Shown: piece by piece, positions 1-10,310 of the stretch
How positions within the stretch are numbered: the stretch's first letter is position 1
Layout: every line of letters starts with the position of its first letter
Origin: Takakia lepidozioides
Lineage: Eukaryota > Plantae > Bryophyta
Length of the DNA stretch: 25,000 nt
Assembly (NCBI GenBank): GCA_030704615.1
Contig: JAKLZA010000159.1
Location: 1 to 25,000, forward strand
Reading direction: 5' to 3'
The notes under the pieces: model-generated
Told to the model about the DNA's origin: nothing
What the model saw: only the letters and a program-made list of their open reading frames with translations
Databases searched by the model: none
Program-made: the position numbers and the translations under genes

Positions 1-1032
1 CAATGAACGCATGCTATGGTTCATGAGGCATGTCTTGCCACAGTCACACTTACTTCTGACTCCCCTTTACCTGGTCATCCCTCATCATCCCCACACTCAT
101 CTCTTTTCACCGGCCTGTGTCGGACGTTCAGAGTGGCCGCTTCTGCATGAGCTACTCCAACTGGCTGCCAGAAGCCTTCCTGTGGATCGTCCTTGAGCTT
201 TTGGGGACTGCGGTTTCCGAGCAGTTTAGATGTTTCTTTTGGGATGTCCAGTTGACTTAGTGGACTTCTGAGGAGGGCGATGGTCCGTCCTTACCCTCTC
301 ACACTCCTGCACATGGATGATATTGCTCTAATCATCGCAGGACCATATGGTCCATCGAGGAAGGTAAACTTTTACGTTGCCTGTTGTCATGGTGGGGGTG
401 TTCGAGAGGGTGTCAACCCAATCCCCAACAGGTTTCACAACCTTCTCTTGGCTCCCCATGGTACCGGAGACTTCCAAACCCTTCACATCCTCTGGAACAT
501 CAGCAACACGATGTTGGGAGCACAGTATGTCTTGACATGCGGAGCCATGACCTGCAGTCTTTCATCGTGCCCTCCGTCGACTAGATCCACAAGGTGTGGA
601 TTCAGGAGGGGTGACTGAGTGTGGTCTCAAAGAATTTCAGTAACCAGCATTACAGCAATTGACATTGTAACATACCACACATCTTGTTTCCACCATATCT
701 GAAGTGGGCAGTATAATTGCAATGGTTATGTGTATGAACTGTGCACATTTTCTTCGGATTGGACTACTCCAACGCTGGGCAAGATTGGATCTAAAAACAT
801 TTGATCATGGTGAGGAACAACATTGAATGAATGTAACGAGAATAATTGCACGCTCTTTTAGGGCCCAACGAACCACATTAAGAGCTGTACTAAAATAAAT
901 TCTATACTCTTTCCACTCGTTGCCCTTCACAAACGATTGCATAGAAGGAAATCCTTGCTCAGTGCGCAGGATCCACCTTACAACATAGTATATAGGAAAA
1001 TGGAAATAATTGGATGGACGCAGTCTGTGCTT

Positions 1033-4000
1033 TTAACTGCAGCTTCCTCTCAGTGTGGACGGAAGAAAACACAAAAGCCTTAGCGGGCCAGAGGCAGATG
1101 CCATGCCCTCAAGCCCGGGAGGGATCACAAGCCCCGGAGGACTAGCTAAGCTACTAGGACTGCACGCCCACAGATCGTGGAGATAGAAACCATGGGCAAT
1201 TGCCAAGTCCAGAATGTCTTCCTCTGGAACTCGTCGGACAAAATGACATAGCAGAAACATTGGCTGCAACCCATCTGAGCTCCGAGAAGCTAGCAGGGTC
1301 CTAGCTGATGCAAACAAGAGTGGAACGGCCTCTGCTACATAGGTTACATCAGTGCCAAGTACCACGTCAAAGCCTATACCCTCAGTACAAGCTTTTACTG
1401 CTTCCATATCCTCTTTGTTGCCCCATTCCAATCTATGGCACAACACCTTATCGACAGGAAAGCAGGCGCCATTTACCTCTAGGTTCTCATGGAGTAGGTT
1501 CAGAACCCTACCATCGCCGTCCGTTGCTACGACTTGTGAAGCAGTCATGGAGGCCAACAGGGAACAGAGGCCAACGGCCCCACATCCCAGCTCGAGCACA
1601 GATCTTCCACGTAGCAGGGAAGGGTTGGATCTTAACACTGTTGCTAGGGCTGGGGCTGCATCCCAAAGCAAAAGGCCTGTGGCCTCCACTGTGTGCTGAT
1701 ACTCCTTTGGAAGACACTTGGCCAACACCGTCAGGCCTGCAACTTCTATCCTCCTGATCTGCCATGCCAACCCACCGCGACTCTCATCATCTACCAGCTT
1801 CAAAAGTGAATGCTATGAAGAAGAGGGTGACTCCAGCCAGCATTTTACTGCATCCTTCACCCGTTAGGCTACCGAATCTGTTAGATGCTAGGCACTTCCA
1901 AACAGCCAAGTATAATACAACCTGGATACGAGGTACCACTGCGAGCTAATGCCCCAACCTTCAACCTTACATTACCTCCAACCTGCTTAAGCAGACGTGA
2001 ACCCAGCCTACCTACAAAGTGGGGCACATCTACCTGCCCGGCTACTTGTTGAAGGTTCCGGGTGACCTTCATTTAACCTATATAGCCTTCTTTGAAAAAG
2101 AGAAACTTGAGCTGTCATCTGCAACACCACAATTCTCTGAGAAGCTGATTAGAGCAGAAAGCTCTACAAACAGCACTACTGACAGGGCTCATCAGATGAA
2201 GAGGTCATGCAGGCTGTGCGTCACATCTACCTCTGGTGTGGGGATGGTTCCAAACAGGGAGGCAGCCATGCCCTCCAAGAGATCCACATCCACACCGCAC
2301 TCCTTTTCTGTCATGGATTCGCCACCAGCTTCTTGCTCTGGCACATTTCTCCCTTTTAGACAGGAGACTTCCTGGCTGTTGGGCTGAGAGTCATCAGGCA
2401 AGCAAAATTCTCCTTGTATCCAACGCCTGCATCTCCACAAGGCCTCATTTAAGCTGTCAATTCCCTCCCATGATGCAGATCTAAGACCTACTCTCTCGTT
2501 TGTTCTCCTCAACGTCCTTGTGTAAGGCTATAATAAAAGAGCTGCACTCAACAGAATGTTAATCTATCGAAAGGCCAGCCACTACATCAACACTCAACAT
2601 AAACTTCCACCAGTATCTCAAGGAGAGTACCACACTGTAACAGGTTCTTGAAAGGTGCTTTCCGCCAAGTTTCACGAGGAACAGTCAGTTGTATACACCT
2701 CTTTCTCTCTCCCGGTCACATTTGCACTAGGAAGACAGCCACCCAGAATTGTGACGAACAGTGACGAACAGGGAGTAGATACATCCCGCAGGATTAATGG
2801 ACACAACACGACTCAAGATCTCTGTAACGGGAAAGCATCTTACTACATTGCATCCCTCTACCTCTATCTCACTCTCTCACCCCCCCCCAACAAGGCAGCA
2901 TGGAAACACTAAATTTGGCACATTAGGGATAGTGAGGCACGCACCGATGCATGACAAGGGCACGTGAGCGATTCTCGACTTCACGGCAATGCACTGTTAC
3001 TGCCTCGCACGTGAACCGATGCTCCGCAAAGAGGCCCACAAGACTGTCCTCCGAAAAGTAGTACACACGCTGCAATTTTAAGCAAGTGTCATTGTTTCCT
3101 CAAGTGAGCTTCTGAATTCTCCCTAAACAGTCTTTCACAATCTGCATTCAAATCAAAGCTTGATTGGGCTAGGAAGTTCTCAACATACAGTGCCATCTCC
3201 CCTTGCAAAGAAGTTGTCACTGATCTTCTGATCCTTGGAAGTGAACCTTTCCTGCAGCCACACAACCCCTCCTCAATTAGAAGTCACAAGTATTTCAATT
3301 TTGAATCACACCGTTCGGGCAGGATCTGGAAAAGTGTTCATATCCTTTCACAGATCCTCACAAGATTCACATAACAACACAGCATGCAACGAAACTGGCC
3401 AATCAGCGTACCTGTGCCAGGTCACCAACGGCATAGTCGCGCACCAGAATATGCCCACCTGGCTGTCCAATCGCTCAAAAACCACTGTCAGGATACGGCC
3501 AATCACAAGAAAAGGTTGTAATGGAGGCCTACAAGCCCTTGGTGATGCCACTTGAAATCACCAGCACCCCGGTGAAATTCAAGCCAGGGATCTTGGCAAT
3601 CCATGCAAGGAACAGCACTGAGGTGGACTTAGACGTACATTGAGGAATAAATTGGACAAGCTCAAGTGTTGTGCTATGCTAAGATTTGTCTTTTATTTGA
3701 AGTGGTTGGTCAGAAGAACTGACAGAGGTTCATGGGAACGACCACAACAGCAGCAAATCTTAAGTTTGATACTAAGCATTCGAATGGATACAAAACAGAC
3801 CCGTCATGGCATTTGAGCCCACAAGGGTCTGAGAATATACTCATAAGACGTTTGCCGTAGCCTTGTGGCCGTAGACCTTCGTCCATCTTATCTAAGAACG
3901 GACTACCCGCACCCAGTTTGGACGGAACAAGAGGGAACAGACACTACCTTTGTGAGGGGCTCACAATTAGTTCAGGCTTTCCAGATATCCTCTAGAAAGC

Positions 4001-7000
4001 CCTTCACATAAGCATCAATCTGATGTGTGTGAGTTGACCAGCAATTAGACCCCAACAGGGCCAGGGACCACAAGGGTCCACACGCCCCACCATGATTGAG
4101 TTGCAGGGTTGACTTTGTTGACTTAAAATGGTCAGAGCAGCAGCAAAAGGGTACAGGAGAATGCTGACCTTGAGCACTCGCTTGATGTTGTACAGCACCT
4201 CTGCCATTTTCTTCGGAGATACAGCAGACAGCATAAACACCTGAAACCTTCATGCACCCATTTGTTCACCTTTGGCCATTATTCCTACAGAGCTTAGATT
4301 ACCCTCAATCTGCAGTGACATTCAAACTCATAGTCAATGTGCTTTCGGCACAAATTGATGACCTTTAAAGCAAGCTGGTGACAAGCAAAAGAAAACCTGA
4401 CTATTTACTCCCTAGTCCATCTGCTTTCTGAGTAGGGAGAAAAACTTGGAACCACCCCTCTCACAACCTCATAAGCTACACAATTACTAGCTGCCTGATA
4501 TGGTCATATTGAAGAATGAGGGCTTCCATGTTGCGGACATGGCAGAAAAAGTGGCTTGAAATCTTGACATGCACATTCAGCACAGGGATGACGCCCAGAG
4601 TAGACCAACACAGTTCCCTTGGTGGTGCCCAGAAGGGGAAGAGGCTCTTCCTTATGCTGGCTCGGCCAGCCTCATCTCTCTCCTTTGGTGCCCACTTTGG
4701 GCACCATGTACTCCTCTTCTCCTATAAGACTAGGATAGCTTCTTCTTAGGAGAGGAATATTCGGATCTCCAGAAGACTGGGCAAACTGGGCAGTAAATGT
4801 GTCACCCACTTACTCCTCTCCTAGTGGAAGGTAGAAAGCAGAAAGATCCAGCTCAGAACAAAACTCTAGTCAATGCCCAAAGAGAGGATGATCACTATTG
4901 TTGTTTAAGTCAATACTATAGACAAGTACGCTGGTGATGCAACCGGCAGGGTGGTCATACCAGAGTGACAACATGAACAGACGATGCTTGAATGAAAGTG
5001 GTGAGGTCCTGGAATGTGGCATCGCACACAAAAACATTGACCCGGCTTTCATCATACTCTTGGTGTGCCTGCATTCCATAATTTAAAGTGCCTCACATTA
5101 CTTACAGATATAAGGCACCACTTAACCTGGCTGGGCTACTGTGTTTACAAGAAAGCAGAAGTTAACCACCAAAAGCATTGAACCCCGAAGAAACAAAAAC
5201 TGCACACCTTGACAAGGTTGACAGCACGGGGGGAAAAGTCACATGCATGGACGAAGATATTGCCAAATTCCGCAATCAATGGGAAGATTGTGTTGCCAGT
5301 GCCACATCCCACCTGCCAAAGCACCACTCCAGTAAAATTCAACCCACCCACAATCATGCATCTTCAGAGTACATCACAGGCAAAATGCACAGGAAATGCT
5401 CAATGATATTTTCTCTCTCTCTAACTATGGGCACTGGGTATGTAGGCCTCACACAGCTAGGATGCTTAAAAGTGCTGACCTCTGTTAAAAATCAGAGGAG
5501 CCGGAGTAATGTAAGGCCACAAGATACTTGGCTCAAAAGTGAACAATCTGAAGTAGCAAAAAATTTACTGAGTTCCGTCAGAGCCTGACAGGCCACTTCC
5601 TCCATTTTACTGAAAATTAAATAATGTGTGCTCCAAGATTAACAAGTGAAGGCTTCCTCCCCCCTCAATCAATACAGGTCTACGAACTTAGCGCTGAAAT
5701 AAGGATCACATACCTCCAGAAGAACTCGTTTATCCCCCACACAGTTGCCATTATCAGCCTGAACAAAAGTTATAATTTGTTGTCAATTAGCCATGCAGAG
5801 CTGAAAGGGCTTGTTGTACAAGAAGGAGTAACCCTAAGTACTTCATTCTGCATTTTCACAGAGACAAACCAATCCCTGAGTACCATGTAAGTTTCTGATG
5901 AAATGACATAGAAATGAAGATGTATAGAAGCCTACCTACCATACCCCCAATGTAGTGGCCCCATTCCTTGTCAAGGTAATGCCGGTCCTTGAAAAACTGC
6001 CACACGAGATGGAATCAACTCCGAATTGATTTAAACCAAGGATCACTGGGACGTGGCCAGAGTGCCTTTCCACTGCGCTACCTCAAGAGAAAACAACAGC
6101 AAGCACCAACCAACACCTGTAATTCTACAACAAATTTGGACTGGCCACCTCTACACCATTTTCTTGGTTCTACTGAGGGGAAACGCCAACTTGTCCACAG
6201 CAGTCACTGTATAGACAGGATCAAATGTTCGAATAGTTGATGTCAATGAGATCTACAACCACTGTAACAATTTCACAAGTACATTAACTATCTACACATG
6301 TCCAGAGTAAGAATCTCATACTCGGTCAGCATTTCGTTTGTAAAAGAGATCCCAATATTTGCCCGCTTCCTTCTCGTACTTTTCTGTGCAACCAACCATT
6401 ACATGAGCAATCCTTGAGCTAGTCATGAGCCAAGACTTGTTGACATTCAATTGATTCTGTAATTTGAATAGATTTGAACTCAGGACCATCTGTGGACAAC
6501 CGAAGTGCCCTATCGGGAAGTTGCAAATCTCCATGTGGCATGTCTGCATATCTTACCACCAAGATCCATGCTCATGGCACTCTTCCTACTCCAAGGTTTG
6601 TGGTGTCAAAGTCTCCTCTCTGACAATATTCGCAGCTTCATATGCTTTTTTAGCTCACTTCGCTCTTGTACTGTGTCCTATAGGCCCTAGGTCTCTCTAA
6701 ACATTGAAAACGGCATCCTTCTCTCTATGTCTCTGGCCTATCCTAGACACTGTGATTGGCAATTTCGAAAGAGTGTCTAATAAATGATGTCTATGTCAAA
6801 TACTACGCTCTTGGTAACACCATTGTCATTGGCTGTGCTTATCAACATGGAAATTCATCCAATACTCGGGGTCTGAAAGATTCAGATCCCTCTGGGACTA
6901 AGCCCCCAGGGTAAAGCAGAGAAAAAACATTTGGATGTGGAGCAGCAGAGTCTAACATTTATTCGTGGTTCTTTCTATCTATCGACTCTCGCGTCGAGAC

Positions 7001-7443
7001 CTGAAGTAAAAAACTCAATAGGTCGCCAGTGACTATGGAGAGATAAGGCAGTTCCACAAGGTCACAGCCCATCATATTCTTTATCTTGAAAGACGAACCA
7101 CTTTACTGAGTAGAAAGCAGAGGGGACTGCCCCAAGAACCACCCATATCATATCAGTGGATGGGAGCCTGTAAACTTAAGACTGTGACGTGAACATGAAT
7201 TCAAGTCATTGAAACTACCAGCTGAATTTTCTCTTGTAAATTAGGCCTATCTTGCAGCTGAACATCAAGATTGCACCTCAGACCTGAGGAATTAGAAATT
7301 AGGGTTTAAGCTCTTTCCGGGGGAAAAAGACGTGGTCCGAATGAAAGAAGAACCCCACCTCGCAAAAAAGGAGAGATTACATCTGATTTCTGCGGATAGA
7401 GTAGCACTCTTGAACTCGTAGATCCCGGCTCTGCCTCCGCCAT
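1033..7443 (-). CDS. METTL6: Dual-domain methyltransferase: N-terminal tRNA N3-methylcytidine methyltransferase (METTL2/METTL6/Trm140-like) fused to a C-terminal METTL21/Methyltransf_16-like domain; 12 exons, 564 aa
   Basis: Hand-spliced GT-AG exons on the minus strand: 7443-7359, 6383-6322, 5996-5940, 5758-5714, 5312-5208, 5068-4961, 4240-4169, 3462-3412, 3251-3189, 3069-2945, 2426-2231, 1758-1033. They total 1695 nt, all phases are compatible and the frame ends in TAA. METTL2/6 motifs: KYWDLFYKRNADRFFKDRHYL, LLEVGCGTGNTIFP, HACDFSPRAV, FMLSAVSP, RDYAVGDLAQERF, RGDGTRVYYF, ENRSRALVMHRRWIQ. Family-16 motifs: TGLLLWDAA, VLELGCG, VATDGD, LEWG, DVVLGTDVTY. Architecture as recalled for Arabidopsis At2g26200. 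Confidence 0.93.
3963..4065 (-). repeat. Interspersed repeat copy A (probable LINE 3' fragment) in intron 7 of the methyltransferase
   Basis: Aligns by eye in inverted orientation with 8432-8533 (acaattagttcaggctttccagatatcctctagaaagcccttcacataagcatcaatctg...agcaattagaccccaacagg). The minus strand translates ...IDAYVKGFLEDIWKA*TN, resembling the 'IWKxRN' motif of L1-type ORF2 C-termini. Confidence 0.6.
7300..7307 (-). promoter_or_regulatory. Telo-box (AAACCCTA) in intron 1 of the methyltransferase gene
   Basis: The plus strand reads TAGGGTTT, which is AAACCCTA on the sense strand, about 50 nt into intron 1. Telo-boxes are known near the 5' ends of plant translation and RNA-processing genes. 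The motif is short and could be chance. Confidence 0.4.
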
Positions 7444-7827
7444 GGCTCCGGAGCTCAGTACCTCCTCTGTCAGACAGGAGCACGTTCCTACATCAAACAA
7501 TACGGTAGCTACAATGGATCAGCGTCATTCAGTTCTCCACTGATATCACTCACTCCTTCGATCTGTCGGAATCCTTAGGCAACGAGTGATTGCTGACTCC
7601 CCTCATTTTGTAGATGGAGTTGAAATCAAAAGGCGGCCGTGACCATAGCTCACTTTGTGTAGTATCAAGCTCTTGTGACTCTGTTGTCCGGATTTTTTAT
7701 TTTTTATTGGCTCCTCCCTTAAGGAAGAGACCACGCAGAGGTAGGAGGAAAGTTTAACCTCCTTTTCATATATCACGAGAGGAAACGTCACCCCCAGACC
7801 GACATGTCACGAAACAAATCATACACA

Positions 7828-7877
7828 TAGGCCATAGCAGGAATTGAACCCCGAACCTGCACTTATCAAAGAGCTAA
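7828..7877 (-). pseudogene. tRNA-like relic (tRNA-Ile(GAU)-like 3' half or SINE head)
   Basis: The minus strand reads ttagctc-tttgataagtgcaggttcggggttcaattcctgctatggccta. It has a B-box GGTTCAATTCC, a TGATAAG anticodon-loop-like segment and an ATGGCC-A acceptor-like end. The D-arm is missing and no full cloverleaf forms. Confidence 0.35.
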
Positions 7878-8431
7878 GAGAAATTTAGGTTTAGGAACGC
7901 AGAGAGCCCGGTGGCTGTGCAGCGTTTCTTTCCCGGGGTGCTCTGCGCGATTTTGAGCTTGTCTGCGGGCTCCAAGGCGACCAGATTGCGAGCACAAGAG
8001 TGAGGCAGTGTGGAGTAATAGCTACAAGAAATCTGCAACGTTAGATGGCAATTGGAAGCAGCAGCAGCACAGCTGATAAAATTAGGCACTTCCACCATGG
8101 GTACTACTTCCGAACAAGGAGCAAGAGAGTGAGTCTACAAGATCTCTGGCACTTACTGGCATGTTCGGAAAGTATGTGAGGGAAGAAAGCGATCTGTTGT
8201 TGCCCTGAATGGTGAATAGAAGAAATTTCAGTTCAGTATTTCCTAACTATTGGAGCTCTGTGGATTTTCTTAGCATAGCGATGGCACTCAACGATGGTTG
8301 TCTATACGGGCTTTCCGTTCATGCCATTGTCCCCCAAAAAATCTAGAGAGTGACGCTCTTCAGGACCATCAGGTACATAGTTGCTGCACCTCTGTTCGCC
8401 AAATTGCAATATCTTGAGGCTGACCATAAAG

Positions 8432-8533
8432 CCTGGGTCCTGCTGGGGTCTAATTGCTAGGCAGCTCGCACAGCAGATTGATGTTTGTGTGAAGAGCTTG
8501 CTGGAGGAAATCTGGAAAACCTGAATTAATTGT
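8432..8533 (+). repeat. Interspersed repeat copy B (probable LINE 3' fragment), intergenic
   Basis: Inverted homolog of 3963-4065. The plus strand translates WGLIARQLAQQIDVCVKSLLEEIWKT*INCLY. Confidence 0.6.
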
Positions 8534-8681
8534 TTATATGAAGTAAGTCCCACTGCTGGACTTAAATATCAGTAGTACCAAGATTGCCCTTCCCTCACCC
8601 ATGTCACAAACTGGAAACGAGTTCAGGGTTTTATGCCTAACTTTTGTTCGGACATTCTGCACGATTCCAACATGGCCTTAC

Positions 8682-8783
8682 AAACGTCGGCTTCCAAGTC
8701 GGGTTCATCTTAACAGGGTCAATTCGTCAGTTCCTCCTTCAGGTACTTGAAAATCTCCTCTTCCCTTTCTGCCAGGGCTTCAC
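8682..8783 (-). pseudogene. Orphan decayed exon of an unidentified protein
   Basis: Flanked by a CAG acceptor and a GTAAGG donor. It reads (G)EALAEREEEIFKYLKEELT, then after a 1-nt shift IDPVKMNPTWKPTF. Family not recognised. Confidence 0.3.
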
Positions 8784-9336
8784 CTGTTGAACATGACACT
8801 TTAGATCTGCTTGAACATGACACTTTTGCTAGGGTTTGGGTTTGTTCTTCTTTTTTATCTCTTGTGGTGCTGATGTGATCATTCCGTGTCATCGATGTTA
8901 CCTATCCCCAGCTAGACTAACAGCCAATTGCTTTCCGATATAGTCAGTCCAGTGGCTTGAAATATTGTAAGTGCTGTGGCAAGGGAGAAATTTGCAGAGG
9001 CTGAAATTTCTTCTTTCTATGGAAATGTGCTAGGTACCATGCTGAAACTGAAACTATTTCTCAGAACAAATGGCACTGCTCCAAGAATCTAGGTACTTAT
9101 CCTCATGGCATTTTGTAGGACATTAGAGAACCAATATTTGTGCAGAGGTGAAGGGAAGTTAGAGTAACCGTTTGATTGCTTTTGCAAGAGATGATGCTCG
9201 GTGGCGTTGGCAAGGGATTCTCATTTCTCTCCAAACTGGTGTGAAGATGGAGGGTTGGCTGCCTCATCAGAATTCAGAAGAAAACTCGACATGCCCGAGC
9301 TTTTCCGTATGCACGCATGGATGTGCCGAGCCCGGT

Positions 9337-9514
9337 CATCATATTCAGTTCATCATATTCAGTTCCCCGCAAATTTATCCCTTCAGCTCTCTCATATTCA
9401 GTTTCTCTCAGTTTTATCACAATGCCTTCCATTATATTCAGTTCCTTTGAGTTTTATCACATGGAATTCCATTACATTCAGTTCTATTCAATTCCAATCC
9501 CATCATATTCAATT
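9337..9514. repeat. Diverged minisatellite of about 40 bp with core CATCATATTCAGTT
   Basis: Core copies start near 9337, 9351, 9390, 9430, 9470 and 9501. The three 39-40 bp units also share TTTATC. Confidence 0.8.
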
Positions 9515-10310
9515 TTATCTTTTCGCATTTGTTCCTTGCATTTAATTTATTATTGTTATTTTCTGTCAGGGTATAAAGTGTAAACACAAAATGTTTTGAT
9601 ATGATTTCAAAACTCATTTTCTTAAAAGTTATAATCATAATCAATTGTTATCCTCATGTCAGTTCAGATGGTATGTTTTAATTAAAAAATCAATAGAATC
9701 AATAAGTCGGGACCTTCAGCGCTAGCTTTCCAGTTTTGGAATTAGGATGGAGCCTTTACGCCATTAGCCGCATGTTTTTTCTTAAGGGAAACACACCTGG
9801 GAGCGACAGCTCACAAATCAGGTCCCTTAATAGTGAGAGGAGAAAATAACATCTTTCACTGTAACCGCACCATGAAGGCGTAGAAATGGACATCGCCCAG
9901 GGAAGGGGAAAGTATACACCACACCCATCAAGTACCAAGATTTGACCCCAGAATCATCTGATTGGCACTTAGTGCACCAACCAACTGAGCTACTGACTGC
10001 TGGTTGCCCAGGACTCTTATTACTTTTTCTTAAAAACAAAAACATGAACAAAAATGAAAATAAGAACAAATGCTTCGGTGGGATTACATACGACATGTGG
10101 TGGAGGAGCCATTCACGAGCGAGTAACCAGGATTGTGTGTTCTCGTTTGGACTGCTGCCGCGTGGCAGGCTGAGTGGCTCTAGAAGTTGAAAGAGTAGAT
10201 GGTCCTGAGTTTGTTGGAAGGGGCTGCCTGCAGTGTTGCGGGGATCTGTGAAGAAGAAGGAGATTTTGGATCGAAGAGGGAGATTGTGGATTGGGGTTTG
10301 GAGGAGGAGT

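Noticed and set aside
340-353. 14-bp perfect palindrome GGACCATATGGTCC
   Set aside because: About one or two such palindromes are expected by chance in 25 kb (25000/4^7).
1-620. Possible decayed minus-strand coding sequence (for example EKR*VWDDEDDQ)
   Set aside because: Multiple stops in all frames, no recognisable family and truncation by the window edge make it unsupportable.
1308-1765. Overlapping ORFs at 1308, 1352 and 1508
   Set aside because: Alternative-frame shadows of the methyltransferase last exon.
9337-9514. CRISPR-like repeat-spacer appearance
   Set aside because: Cores are only 14 nt and degenerate, the spacers resemble each other, no cas genes are present and the context is eukaryotic. 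It is a minisatellite.
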